Shown here: in pieces, positions 40,647-51,042 of the stretch | How positions within the stretch are numbered: the first letter of the stretch is position 1 | Layout of the letters: each line of letters begins with the position of its first letter | Assembly (NCBI GenBank): GCA_944349595.1 | Contig: CALVNF010000006.1 | Span: 1,650-65,649 of the forward strand | Direction of reading: 5' to 3' | Length of the DNA stretch: 64,000 bases | From: an uncultured Bacilli bacterium | Lineage (GTDB): Bacteria; Bacillota_I; Bacilli_A; RFN20; CAG-826 | The notes under the pieces: generated by a model | Seen by the model: the letters and a program-made list of their open reading frames with translations, nothing else | What the model was told of the DNA's origin: nothing | The model's database searches: none | Translations under genes and position numbers: made by a program

Positions 40647-41771
40647 ATGGAATATCGAGAAATTAATAATTGTAAAATATCATTACTTGGATTTGGATGT
40701 ATGAGATTTCCAACACTAGAAGATGGTGTTAGTATTGATGAAAAAAAGACTACTGAAATGTTAGATTATGCAATAGAACACGGAGTTAATTATTTAGATA
40801 CAGCATTTCCATATATGAGTGGGAAAAGTGAAGAATTTGTTGGAAGATATATTAAAAAATATGATCGAAGTAAATTATATATTGCAACAAAACTTCCAAT
40901 TTGGGATGTAAAAACACTAGATGATGTAAAAAGAATAATTGATGAACAATTTAAAAGATTACAAGTTGATTATATAGATTTTTATTTAATTCACGCCATG
41001 AATAAAGAAAGATTTGAAACACTTGCTAATTTAAATATTTTTGAATACCTAACAACTTTAAAACAACAAGGAAAAATAAGAAATATTGGTTTTTCATTTC
41101 ATGATGAATACGAAGTATTTGAAAAAATAATTGTTAATTATGAATGGGATTTTGCCCAAATTCAATACAATTATTTAGATGAAGATATTCAAGCTGGAAA
41201 TAAAGGCTATTCAATAGCTGAAAAATTAAATGTTCCATTAATTATTATGGAACCTTTAAAGGGCGGAACTCTTGCAAATCTTCCAAAACATTTAGAAGAT
41301 ATGTTTAAGCGAATTAATCCATATGCTCCAATTGCTAGTTATTCATTTAGATGGCTTGCTGCTCATCAAAATTGTAAAGTTATTTTAAGTGGAATGTCTA
41401 GTTTAGATCAAGTTAAAGAAAATATTGAAATATTTAATCATTTAACTCCACTTAATACATATGAAAAAGTAACCATTAAAGATATTAAACATTTAATGCT
41501 AAAAAACTTTAAAATTCCATGCACTAAATGCCGATATTGCATGCCATGTCCAAATGGAGTAAATATTCCATTAAATTTCTTTTTATATAATTTATACAAC
41601 TTTAATAAAGATATAAAAATGTTTTATAAACAATACACAATATTAACTGATGATAGAGCTAGTAGTTGTGTAAATTGTAAATTATGTGAAACAAAGTGTC
41701 CTCAAAAAATTAAAATTCCTGAATTATTAAAAGAAATAGCAGAATTTTATGATTCGTTAGAGGTTAAATAA
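40647..41771 (+). CDS. Aldo/keto reductase with a C-terminal Fe-S domain
   Basis: LGFGCMRFP, NYLDTA, IATKLP, YLIH, IGFSFH, QIQYN, IMEPLKGG, CTKCRYCMPCP, CVNCKLCETKCPQ. Confidence 0.92.
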   Translation: MEYREINNCKISLLGFGCMRFPTLEDGVSIDEKKTTEMLDYAIEHGVNYLDTAFPYMSGKSEEFVGRYIKKYDRSKLYIATKLPIWDVKTLDDVKRIIDEQFKRLQVDYIDFYLIHAMNKERFETLANLNIFEYLTTLKQQGKIRNIGFSFHDEYEVFEKIIVNYEWDFAQIQYNYLDEDIQAGNKGYSIAEKLNVPLIIMEPLKGGTLANLPKHLEDMFKRINPYAPIASYSFRWLAAHQNCKVILSGMSSLDQVKENIEIFNHLTPLNTYEKVTIKDIKHLMLKNFKIPCTKCRYCMPCPNGVNIPLNFFLYNLYNFNKDIKMFYKQYTILTDDRASSCVNCKLCETKCPQKIKIPELLKEIAEFYDSLEVK

Positions 41772-41773
41772 TA

Positions 41774-42208
41774 ATGTCTAAATATTATTTTGCTTATGGA
41801 TCTAATTTAAATCTTGAACAAATTAAACACCGCTGTAAAGATGTAATTAAAGTTGGATCAGTAATTTTAAAAGGATATGAATTAGAATTTAGATATTATT
41901 TAACAATTAAAGAAAATAAAAATAGTGAAGTTCCACTAGGTATTTTTAAAATATCTAGTGATGATGAACTAAATTTAGATATATATGAAGGCTATCCTCG
42001 TTTTTATAGAAAAGAAGAATTAAGTATTGATTTTAATGATGAGAAAATAACTGGTATTATTTATATAATGAATGAAAATACAAGAAAAATAATGCCTCCA
42101 AGTCAAACATATTTAAATACATGTTTAAAAGGTTATCAAGATTTTGATTTTGATGAAAAATATTTAAGATTAGCATATAAAAATAGTTTAAGCGAAGTTA
42201 GAAAATAA
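41774..42208 (+). CDS. Gamma-glutamylcyclotransferase (AIG2-like) family protein
   Basis: YFAYGSNLN, LDIYEGYP..Y, PSQTYL...GY. Confidence 0.88.
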   Translation: MSKYYFAYGSNLNLEQIKHRCKDVIKVGSVILKGYELEFRYYLTIKENKNSEVPLGIFKISSDDELNLDIYEGYPRFYRKEELSIDFNDEKITGIIYIMNENTRKIMPPSQTYLNTCLKGYQDFDFDEKYLRLAYKNSLSEVRK

Positions 42209-42303
42209 TTTTTCTAATCTCTATAATTGCGTACTTTTTATTATTTGTATATCATAAAAAATCCTTACTAAAAGTGCTAAAAAGTGTTAGTATATTATTA
42301 TTG

Positions 42304-42317
42304 TGAAAGGGCTTTCA
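42304..42317. promoter_or_regulatory. cre-like / LacI-family operator upstream of the pullulanase gene
   Basis: TGAAAGGGCTTTCA is one base from the ideal cre palindrome TGAAAGCGCTTTCA and ends 7 nt before the ATG. Confidence 0.6.
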
Positions 42318-42324
42318 TTTTATT

Positions 42325-45315
42325 ATGAAAAATAAAATAATAAAAGCGTGTGCTTTATTAACGCTAATAATTACTAGTATTACTTCATGTGATAATACAA
42401 CAAGTGAAGACAATAATTCTTCTAATACCACTTCATATTTAGATACGTCGGTTACTAATACAACAAGTGGTGTTACAACTACTACATCAGATGGTGGGGA
42501 TGAAGTAATTAATCGAGATTATACTGATATTCCTCCAGTTAATGTTACTATTAGATTTCATAATGAATCTAATTCATATGATAATTTAAGATATTGGTTA
42601 TGGACTGATACCGTTGAACTTGACCAAGAGATTGAAAAAACTGGTGTTGATGATTTTGGAATGTATTATACATTTAATCCAGATGAATTATTTGGAGAAG
42701 GTGTTGCCGATAAAGGTTTTTATTTCTTAATTAAAGAAGCCGGAACTTGGAATGGAAAAACAACTGATACTCCAATAATGTATGAAGATTATAAACCTTA
42801 TTTAGTTGATGGTGTATCAACACTAGAATTATTTGCTGTTAGTGGAACCTCTGGTAGTTTAGATATTTTTGATAATAAAAAAGATGCTCTTGGAGATAAA
42901 ATGAGTGTTAATGAAGTAATTGATGATTTTAAAAAACTTCATTTAGTTGGAACAAACGCTATTAAACGAGTTAGAGTTTATCGTTATGATTCAACTTATT
43001 ATGCACTACCTGAAAATCAACAAAATATTTTAAGAACTAAATATAAAATATTTGATGAAACTTATACACAAGAAGAAAATGTAACAGAAATTAATATTCC
43101 AATTGAAGATTTTAAATTTAATTATACATATGAAGTTAGAAGTAGTTTTCATAGCGATCAATTTAAAACAAAAATATCTACTGTAACATATCAAAGCTTA
43201 TATGATAGTGAAGAATTTTCATCTCTTGTTTATAATGGTGATGATTTAGGTGCTGTAGTAGCTAGTGATAAAGAAAGTACAACATTTAAATTATGGGCAC
43301 CAACTGCATCTTTAGTTAGATTAAGTTTATATAAATATGGAAATGATTCTTCATTTGAGGATGAAAATTTAACAACTACTCAAAAAAGTGAATATGATTA
43401 TCCATATATTAATTATAATATGGAATTAACTAACACCGGAGTATGGCAATATACTGTAGATGAAGATTTAAATGGTGTTTATTATACATATACAGTAATT
43501 GGAAGTATGGGCAATAATAAAGTAGTTGATCCATATGCAAAATCAGCTGGATTAAATGGTGTTAGAGGAATGGTAGTTGATTTTGAAAGTGATGAATTAA
43601 AGGATGAAGAATTTGATAAAGTTCCACAAGTCTGGAACGGAGTTGAAGGCTATGATATTATTTCTAGTCAAGATTTAATAATTTCAGAAAATCATATTAG
43701 AGATTTAACAATGGATGAAACTTGGTCAAATAGAGAAGAAGATCAAGATTTAAAAGGTACATATTTAGGTTTTGCAAAATCTGGAACTACATATACTGAT
43801 ACTGAATCTGGCGTAACTGTCAAAACTGGAGCAGATCACTTAGAAGAATTAGGTGTTAATGCTATTCAAATTCTTCCATTTTTTGATCAAGATAATTATG
43901 AAATAAATAGTGCTTATAACTGGGGTTATAATCCACTTAATTATAATGTTTTAGAAGGTAGTTATTCATCAAATCCAAAAGATGGATTTGCTAGAATTAA
44001 AGAATTTAAACAACTTGTTACTCATTATGCAAATAATAAAAATCATACAAGAATTATAATGGATGTTGTTTATAATCACGTATCAAAAGTTGCTTTAAGT
44101 AATTTTTCTTTAATTGTTCCATATTATTATTTTAGAGTTGATGATGAACTTAATTATTTAGATGGAGCTGCATGTGGTAATGAATTTAATTCTCAAAGAC
44201 CAATGGCATCTAAGTTTATTGTAGATAGTGTTACTTTCTGGGCATCAACATATAAGATTAAAGGATTTAGATTTGATTTAATGGGATTACTTGATGTGAA
44301 TACCATGATTAAAGTAAAACAAGCTTTATATGAAGTTGATCCAGATATTGTAATTTATGGTGAACCTTGGAGAGCAGATGGTGTTTGGGATAATACTGAA
44401 TATGCTTTAAAACCTCAAGTTTATTCAATGCTTTGGGATGGTTATAACGGTACAAGAGGTCAAGTTGGTGGATTTAATGATGATGGAAGAAATGCCTTAA
44501 AAGGAAATAATGATCCAGGTTATGGATTCATTTCAAAAGGTGAATCTGATATGACAACTGATATATTAAATCAAATGGCTAATATGTTTAAAGGTTCAAC
44601 TAATTCAGGTGCAAATCCAAGACAAACAATTAATTATGCATCATGTCATGATAACTTTACATTATTTGATCAACTTAATTGGACTCTTTCTCCAGATGGA
44701 GGTACGACAAAACCAGATGAATATGAAGTTGCAAGAGCAAGTGTTGCTGTAAATGGCTTTATATTAATGTCAAATGGTGTTGCCTTTATTAATGGTGGAG
44801 AAGAATTATTTAGAAGTAAAGTTGAATACGATGATTCAGCACTTGAATCAACTTATAAGGAAATGTATGGAGAAAAAATTTCTCATAATTCATATTCTAG
44901 TAGTGATGAAACAAATGCTTATCAATATGATAGAAAAGTTAAATTCTTAGATTACTTTAATATGTATAAAGACTTAGTTAATTTAAGAAAAGAATTATAT
45001 ATGATTCCTTACCCAAATAATATTGATTCTACTGATGATATTGAAGTTTGGGATAATACTGCAAATACTACAAGACTTGCTGGATATAGAAGAGGTAAAG
45101 ATAATGAAACTTATGTAATATTATTAAATGGAAGACATAATGGTTCATGGTTTACAAGTAATTCAAGACATCAAGGAAGTAGCTTTAGCGATCCAAATTT
45201 AAGTTTAATATTTAATAATTCATCTACATCTCCAGTATTCCATAGTGAAAATGGTGTTGATTATTATGAATTACAAGATATGTATCAATTAGTTATATAT
45301 AAGAATAATAACTAA
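42325..45315 (+). CDS. pulA: Lipoprotein type I pullulanase (GH13) with CBM41- and CBM48-like modules
   Basis: Lipobox SITS-C, CBM41-like TIRFH...YWLW...DDFG, CBM48-like FKLWAPTA, YNWGYNP, MDVVYNH, GFRFDLM, YGEPW, CHDN. Confidence 0.92.
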   Translation: MKNKIIKACALLTLIITSITSCDNTTSEDNNSSNTTSYLDTSVTNTTSGVTTTTSDGGDEVINRDYTDIPPVNVTIRFHNESNSYDNLRYWLWTDTVELDQEIEKTGVDDFGMYYTFNPDELFGEGVADKGFYFLIKEAGTWNGKTTDTPIMYEDYKPYLVDGVSTLELFAVSGTSGSLDIFDNKKDALGDKMSVNEVIDDFKKLHLVGTNAIKRVRVYRYDSTYYALPENQQNILRTKYKIFDETYTQEENVTEINIPIEDFKFNYTYEVRSSFHSDQFKTKISTVTYQSLYDSEEFSSLVYNGDDLGAVVASDKESTTFKLWAPTASLVRLSLYKYGNDSSFEDENLTTTQKSEYDYPYINYNMELTNTGVWQYTVDEDLNGVYYTYTVIGSMGNNKVVDPYAKSAGLNGVRGMVVDFESDELKDEEFDKVPQVWNGVEGYDIISSQDLIISENHIRDLTMDETWSNREEDQDLKGTYLGFAKSGTTYTDTESGVTVKTGADHLEELGVNAIQILPFFDQDNYEINSAYNWGYNPLNYNVLEGSYSSNPKDGFARIKEFKQLVTHYANNKNHTRIIMDVVYNHVSKVALSNFSLIVPYYYFRVDDELNYLDGAACGNEFNSQRPMASKFIVDSVTFWASTYKIKGFRFDLMGLLDVNTMIKVKQALYEVDPDIVIYGEPWRADGVWDNTEYALKPQVYSMLWDGYNGTRGQVGGFNDDGRNALKGNNDPGYGFISKGESDMTTDILNQMANMFKGSTNSGANPRQTINYASCHDNFTLFDQLNWTLSPDGGTTKPDEYEVARASVAVNGFILMSNGVAFINGGEELFRSKVEYDDSALESTYKEMYGEKISHNSYSSSDETNAYQYDRKVKFLDYFNMYKDLVNLRKELYMIPYPNNIDSTDDIEVWDNTANTTRLAGYRRGKDNETYVILLNGRHNGSWFTSNSRHQGSSFSDPNLSLIFNNSSTSPVFHSENGVDYYELQDMYQLVIYKNNN

Positions 45316-45345
45316 TTATTTACTTATTTATTTTGAGGTTAAATT

Positions 45346-47799
45346 ATGAAAAAGAATAAATTATTATTACTATCAACTTTATTTGTATTATTACTATCTT
45401 CTTGTGGACCAACAAATCAAGGTGAATCATCAACTACTACAAGTAATCAAACAACAACAACTACAACTACAACAACTACAACTACAAATACAACTATAAC
45501 AATACCTCCAGGTCCAATTGAAAATTATGATGAATATGCCGATAGTTATAGTGAAGCAAATCACTTATATATTCATTATTTAAGACCAGGAGCAACTATT
45601 GAAGATTATAATCAATATGGTTTATGGATGTGGCCAATTGCAAAAGATGGTGTACTTTTTGCAAACTCTCTTCCTTCAACTATATCTAATCTTGGTGGTG
45701 CTGGTTGGGTTGATAGTATTGGAGACTCAGGTGAGCCAGTTGATCAAGCTGGAGCAATGATTGATATTGATTTAACTAAAATATATAAGTCTGGAAAAGC
45801 CGGGACAGATATTAGTTATGCCGATGTTAATAGAATTGGTTATTTAATTGTTCAACTTGATTCAATGGGTGGAGGAACTCACTGGACTAGTGATGGAGGA
45901 GCAGATTCATTTTTAGAAGATGTTCAAACATCTTTTAGAGATAATGGATCAATTCATGTATTTTTAGTTCAAGGTAGTGTCACATCTCCAAGATATTATT
46001 ACAATGAAGAAGTTTATGAAAATCCAATTGCAAATGATACAACTGGTAAATATAGAAGTGAAAGTAATTTAGATTCAAGTACCTCAACTTATCCAAATCC
46101 AATTACTAGTCAAAAATTTAAAACAAGTGCAAAAGTTGGTTATCAAATATTTGTTCCATCATTTTGTGATTCTAATAATGATGGATATGGAGATTTAAGA
46201 GGCGTTATAAATAAACTTGATTATTTAAAAGAATTAAATGTTGATACTTTATGGTTATCTCCATTTTTAAAATGTAATTCATATCATGGTTATGATACAG
46301 TTGATTATTATGAAGTAGATGAAAAATTTGGTACCATGGATGACTTTAAAGAATTAATTTATAAAGCTCATCAAAAAGGTATCAAAGTTTTAATGGATTT
46401 AGTTATCAACCACACATCAACCTCATCAGTTTGGTTTAAAAAAGCTCAAAGAGGTGAAAAAGGTGTTGATAAATTTGGAAACGAATTTAATTATCGAGAT
46501 TTATTTCATTTTAAATTTAAAGGTGATGTTGTAAATGGAGTAAAAGTTGAAGAATCTAGTGACTGGTATCAAGATGGAGAGTCAAATTATTACTATTTTG
46601 CAAAATTTGCAAGTGATATGGCTGAATTAAATTATGATAATCAAGTAACAAGAGATTTTGTTATTGATATGGCACTTCATTATTTAGGAATGGGTGTTGA
46701 TGGCTTTAGACTTGATGCTGTTAAACATATTTATATGAAAGATGAAGTTGATCCAAAAGCAAGTGATGAAATTGAAGAAGATACTGGAACTAGAACTTAT
46801 TTTGATGAAGAAATGAATGATTTTGTTACAACAGAATATGATTATTCAACAAATAAAACAAAAAATATTAATTTCTGGAAAGAATTTTCAATAAAATTAA
46901 AAGCACAATATCCAGATTGTTTCTTAACTGCGGAAAACTTAGATGGTTGGGATCAAAGAGTTGCCCCATATTATCAATCTTTAGATTCTCAATTAGATTT
47001 TTGTAATTATTATGATTTAGCAAATAACTTATTTGCAGGAATCTCTGGAATGGGAGCAAATACTTTAGTAGATAAAGTAAATAATAAAGATGATATATTT
47101 AGAAGTTATCGAAGTGATTATATTAATGCATCATTTACATCAAATCATGACTTATTAAGAGCAATAAACCATGTAAATGCTAAAAAGACTAGTGAAACTG
47201 GTGTTGAAGAAAATGTAAAAATAACTGGAAACACTACTCAATTAAATAAAGCTAAATTATATGCAGCTTTAACAATCTTACAACCTGGAGTTAGCTTTAT
47301 TTATTATGGTGATGAACTTGGTATGTCTTCAAATACAACGGAAGATATTCCAGATATTGCTGGAAATACAAATAATATAGATAGATATTATAGACAAGCA
47401 TTTAAATGGGCCAATGTTGATGAAAGACCAAATTATAGTTTTGCAGGTGGTTATGATATTAAATATGATGAATATAATATGCAATTAGATAATCTTGATC
47501 TTCAAAAAGAAGATCAAGATTCAATGTTTAATTTCTATAAAGCAATTTGTGAAATTAAAGGATCATCTGACTTCCCAAGTAATGGAGATATGGTTGCGTA
47601 TAAATATGATGTAGCACTTCAAAATTGTTATCATTATGTAATTAATCCTAGTGAAAGTTATCAAAAAACATATAAAGTTTGGGTTAATATTGGAAATAGT
47701 AGTGTTGATTATGATATTGGAGATGCGGAAGTAGTATTTAAATATAATGCAAGTGATACTTCACTTAATCAATATGGTTTAGTTGTCGTTAAGGAGTAA
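45346..47799 (+). CDS. Lipoprotein alpha-amylase (GH13) with an N-terminal CBM41-like module
   Basis: Lipobox LLSS-C, Thr stalk, IHYLRP...YGLWMW, DSNNDGYGDLRG, YHGYDTVDY, DLVINH, GFRLDAVKH, AEN, SNHD. Confidence 0.9.
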   Translation: MKKNKLLLLSTLFVLLLSSCGPTNQGESSTTTSNQTTTTTTTTTTTTNTTITIPPGPIENYDEYADSYSEANHLYIHYLRPGATIEDYNQYGLWMWPIAKDGVLFANSLPSTISNLGGAGWVDSIGDSGEPVDQAGAMIDIDLTKIYKSGKAGTDISYADVNRIGYLIVQLDSMGGGTHWTSDGGADSFLEDVQTSFRDNGSIHVFLVQGSVTSPRYYYNEEVYENPIANDTTGKYRSESNLDSSTSTYPNPITSQKFKTSAKVGYQIFVPSFCDSNNDGYGDLRGVINKLDYLKELNVDTLWLSPFLKCNSYHGYDTVDYYEVDEKFGTMDDFKELIYKAHQKGIKVLMDLVINHTSTSSVWFKKAQRGEKGVDKFGNEFNYRDLFHFKFKGDVVNGVKVEESSDWYQDGESNYYYFAKFASDMAELNYDNQVTRDFVIDMALHYLGMGVDGFRLDAVKHIYMKDEVDPKASDEIEEDTGTRTYFDEEMNDFVTTEYDYSTNKTKNINFWKEFSIKLKAQYPDCFLTAENLDGWDQRVAPYYQSLDSQLDFCNYYDLANNLFAGISGMGANTLVDKVNNKDDIFRSYRSDYINASFTSNHDLLRAINHVNAKKTSETGVEENVKITGNTTQLNKAKLYAALTILQPGVSFIYYGDELGMSSNTTEDIPDIAGNTNNIDRYYRQAFKWANVDERPNYSFAGGYDIKYDEYNMQLDNLDLQKEDQDSMFNFYKAICEIKGSSDFPSNGDMVAYKYDVALQNCYHYVINPSESYQKTYKVWVNIGNSSVDYDIGDAEVVFKYNASDTSLNQYGLVVVKE

Positions 47800-47809
47800 A
47801 GATATATAT

Positions 47810-48691
47810 ATGAAAAAGTTGGTATTAATTTTAAGTTCTTTATTAGTATTAACATCTTGTGGTAATACTAATAGTGATAATTCAATTAAACAAGAATTAA
47901 AAAATAATCAATTAGCTCAAATGCTTGAAGAAAATCAAGTTATATTAAACTTAACTCCAAATGGTTTATATAACGGAGCTAAGGGTAATAATTTAGAAGA
48001 TTATTATGTTGAAAATGGATTATTATTAACTCTTAATGTAGGTGATACATTACCTGAAAAAGATGAAATAACCTCAAGTGTTAAAGATAATGAATTTGCT
48101 GGTTGGGCTTATATTAATGATGAAGATGAAACAATATCTTATACAACATCTGTTATTGAAGGTATAAAGATGTATCATGCAACTTGGAATTATACTGGAG
48201 ATTATAGTGATATTGGAAATCAAACAAGTCAAACTACTACAACTAGTAATCCAACAACTGATACTACAACAAATACTGATACAACTAGTAGTACAAGTAT
48301 AAATGAAAATCTTGAAACGATTTACTTTATTGATCAAGGTTGGTGGAATGATTATGCAGCAGCTACCGGTATATATTTATTTGATGACGATAACAATCCT
48401 AAAGTAGCATGGCCTGGAGAAGCAATGAGTATTGCAAAAGAATATGATTCTACTCTTAAACGAAATGTTTGGTCATTTGAAGTAGATGTTAGTATTTATA
48501 ATAATTTAATATTTGTTAGAGGTGAAGTAAAAGATGGAACTTTTATTTCATGGAATAAACAAACAGTAGATATTAAATATGAAGAAGGTAAAAATGCATA
48601 TTTATTATGTGAAACTGGGGATGTTAGCAATGGTGATGAAAAAGCTACTGTTACATCTGGAGTTTGGGATAACGAATATGGACTTCTTTAA
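47810..48691 (+). CDS. Non-catalytic lipoprotein with a B-repeat module and a C-terminal CBM26-like starch-binding module
   Basis: Lipobox VLTS-C, FAGW...YHATW, Thr linker, TIYFIDQGWW...IYLFD...AWPGEAM...W.FEVD....NNLIFVR. Confidence 0.78.
   Translation: MKKLVLILSSLLVLTSCGNTNSDNSIKQELKNNQLAQMLEENQVILNLTPNGLYNGAKGNNLEDYYVENGLLLTLNVGDTLPEKDEITSSVKDNEFAGWAYINDEDETISYTTSVIEGIKMYHATWNYTGDYSDIGNQTSQTTTTSNPTTDTTTNTDTTSSTSINENLETIYFIDQGWWNDYAAATGIYLFDDDNNPKVAWPGEAMSIAKEYDSTLKRNVWSFEVDVSIYNNLIFVRGEVKDGTFISWNKQTVDIKYEEGKNAYLLCETGDVSNGDEKATVTSGVWDNEYGLL
48317..48691 (+). repeat. 375-bp inverted duplication, left arm (CBM26-like coding segment)
   Basis: About 93% identical (25 differences by hand count) to the reverse complement of 54403-54777, with a ~190-bp identical core. 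Confidence 0.92.
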
Positions 48692-48794
48692 TTAATTATT
48701 TAGTTATTTATATAATTTATATCTAATTATACATTTCTAATGATAATTAGATATTAAGTTATTAAATATAAAAAATTGTTCGGAGGAAAATAAT

Positions 48795-49373
48795 ATGAAC
48801 AAAAGAAAGAAAACGCTACTAGCATTGGGTATGGTTCTTGCTCTTGCTGGTATAGCAACATCAAGTGCTTTTATTTATAAAGCAGCAACTGAGAGTGTTT
48901 CTGGTAATTTAGATTCAGCTATTTATTTAGACTGGGGAGATGATGAAGAAGGCTTTAAAGCAGATCCAGGTACAATGATTTATGGTGAATCTAAATTTAA
49001 ATCATTAACAGTTAAAGCACCACAAATGTCTGCAAGCATAACTAGTGGTACAGTTGATTTAACTTTCACATTAGCTACAAATGATGGCTTTATGGTAGAA
49101 GTATCAGATAAAGACTTTACAAAAGGTTCTGTAACGGCTGAAGATATTTTATTCACAGTTGATAAGGACAACTTAGATGAAACAATGAGCTTTTCTGTTA
49201 CAGAATTTACAAATGACATCACATTATATTTTAGATTGTCATTAAGTCATCCACCTGTAAAAGGTCAAGAAGAATTAGAATTAAGTGCAACATTTAAGGC
49301 ATCATTAACTTACAATAATGTTGGTGTAGCTAATTATACAATTAGCGAAGATGGTATTACAGCTGTAGCATAA
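48795..49373 (+). CDS. SipW-type prepilin-like secreted protein A
   Basis: Basic N-region and H-region ending TSSA-FIY, beta-rich 165-aa body, GGAGG SD, upstream of sipW. Confidence 0.65.
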   Translation: MNKRKKTLLALGMVLALAGIATSSAFIYKAATESVSGNLDSAIYLDWGDDEEGFKADPGTMIYGESKFKSLTVKAPQMSASITSGTVDLTFTLATNDGFMVEVSDKDFTKGSVTAEDILFTVDKDNLDETMSFSVTEFTNDITLYFRLSLSHPPVKGQEELELSATFKASLTYNNVGVANYTISEDGITAVA

Positions 49374-49382
49374 TGGGAGGAT

Positions 49383-50267
49383 ATGAAGATGAATAAAAAA
49401 TTATTAGGTTTATTAGTTGCTTCTGTCGGTTCAGTTGCTGCTGTTTGCACATCATTAGCTTTATATATTAGTGCTCCAGATGATGCAGGTTTTACAGTTG
49501 GTATTTCAACAGATACAGATGTAGCTTACACAATTACAAAACAAGAAGTTGTAACAAATAATACAACTATTAATCCAGGTCAAGGATTATCAGTTGAATA
49601 TAAGTTAGGTGCAAAATTAGGTGATAACTATACTCAACCATACGTAACTGGAAAATTAACAGTTACTGTTAGTGGTAATAAAGATGCACTTAAATATCTC
49701 CAAGGTGGAATGAAATTAACTTATGAACAAACTCCAGGAGATGAAAATGCTTCTACATATTTCTTTAATGGAGAAGATCAAACTATCTTTAATACATTAA
49801 CATTAGCTCCAGAAGGTGATTATTCATCATTAACTGGCGTATTAAATGCAACTGTTGATGGAACAAGCGGAACAAAAGCAGTTCTTTCATTAGGTTTAAC
49901 AGAAGATGGAAAAACTAACTTCTTAAGTGTTGCTGAAAGTGAATTAACTATTAATATCTCATTTGAAGAAGTCGGTGATGATTATCAATCAGCATATCTT
50001 GTTGGTGGTATGAATGGTTGGGCTGAAGAAGATGCTTATAGAATGGTTCCTAACATTTATTCATCCACTGCCTTTGAATGGATGTGGGTTGGAAGCAGTA
50101 CATTACTTCCAGAAGGTACTGAATTTCTAGGTAAAATTGGAGATACATATTCACATCCTAATAATAATCAAAAAGCACCTGCAAATGTTGACATTATTTA
50201 TTGGGGTGGTGGCAATGTTGCAAGTGGATCTAAATGGGAGGTTAACACCACTACTGGAGGTCAATAA
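49383..50267 (+). CDS. SipW-type prepilin-like protein B with a C-terminal SusE/X25-like carbohydrate-binding module
   Basis: Signal ending TSLA-LY, beta-rich body, then YLVGGMNGW...YRM...EWMW...LPEGTEF. Confidence 0.62.
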   Translation: MKMNKKLLGLLVASVGSVAAVCTSLALYISAPDDAGFTVGISTDTDVAYTITKQEVVTNNTTINPGQGLSVEYKLGAKLGDNYTQPYVTGKLTVTVSGNKDALKYLQGGMKLTYEQTPGDENASTYFFNGEDQTIFNTLTLAPEGDYSSLTGVLNATVDGTSGTKAVLSLGLTEDGKTNFLSVAESELTINISFEEVGDDYQSAYLVGGMNGWAEEDAYRMVPNIYSSTAFEWMWVGSSTLLPEGTEFLGKIGDTYSHPNNNQKAPANVDIIYWGGGNVASGSKWEVNTTTGGQ

Positions 50268-50277
50268 TTAAATTAAT

Positions 50278-50307
50278 AATTCCTAAGGACTTCGGTCCTT
50301 AGGAATT
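50278..50307 (+). terminator. Strong hairpin with a cUUCGg tetraloop (terminator/attenuator)
   Basis: AATTCCTAAGGAC-TTCG-GTCCTTAGGAATT, a perfect 13-bp stem with only a weak U tract. Confidence 0.8.
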
Positions 50308-50355
50308 TCTTGTAATTATTTGTTTATTTAATTAATATATTATTTTGTAATATAT

Positions 50356-51042
50356 ATGAAGGTTTTATTTAATATATATAAATGGTTTATTTATATAATT
50401 TTAATATTGATTATTGGAAGTTCATTATGGAATATAATTGATAGAGCTAGTGGATATAACTTTTCTTGTTTTGGTTTAAGAAGTTGTGTTATATCTTCTG
50501 ATTCTATGTCATATGTTAGTGAATCTAATAAAGAATCATTAGAAGGTATTGATAATAGATTATATAAAAATGATCTTATTTTTAATATGGAAGTAAATTC
50601 TATAGATGATCTAAAAGTAAATGATGTAGTTACATATGTTACTGATAATAATCAATTAGTAACTCATAGAGTATATGAAATAGTAATTAAAGATGATAAA
50701 GGATATGTAGTTACAAAAGGTGATGCAAATAATACTGTTGATGGTTTAATTCCATTTGAAAATATTAAAGGTAAATATGTAGCTAAAATTCCTGGTATTG
50801 GAATAATAACTTTATATATTAATTCATATTATGGATTATTTGGTATTAGTTTTGTTTTGTTTTTTATCTTTTTAGGTTTATATATTGCTGAAGATAAAAA
50901 AGATGATGAAGAAAATAATAATAATAAAGATAATGTAATAGATAAAAAACAAAACAAATATTATTTAAGTTTTAAAAATATATTTAATGATGAATTTAAT
51001 AAATATATAAATGATAATACGGAGGATGTTAATAATGCCTAA
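50356..51042 (+). CDS. sipW: Signal peptidase I, SipW/ER type (S26B)
   Basis: N-terminal TM, ISSDSM (Ser), DDLKVNDVVTY, VTHRV (His), TKGDANNTVD, GKYVAKIPGIG, C-terminal TM. Confidence 0.88.
   Translation: MKVLFNIYKWFIYIILILIIGSSLWNIIDRASGYNFSCFGLRSCVISSDSMSYVSESNKESLEGIDNRLYKNDLIFNMEVNSIDDLKVNDVVTYVTDNNQLVTHRVYEIVIKDDKGYVVTKGDANNTVDGLIPFENIKGKYVAKIPGIGIITLYINSYYGLFGISFVLFFIFLGLYIAEDKKDDEENNNNKDNVIDKKQNKYYLSFKNIFNDEFNKYINDNTEDVNNA

Noticed and set aside
47801-47812. (TA)n tract between SD and ATG of the CBM lipoprotein as a phase-variation switch
   Set aside because: It has only about four units, which is expected by chance at this AT content.
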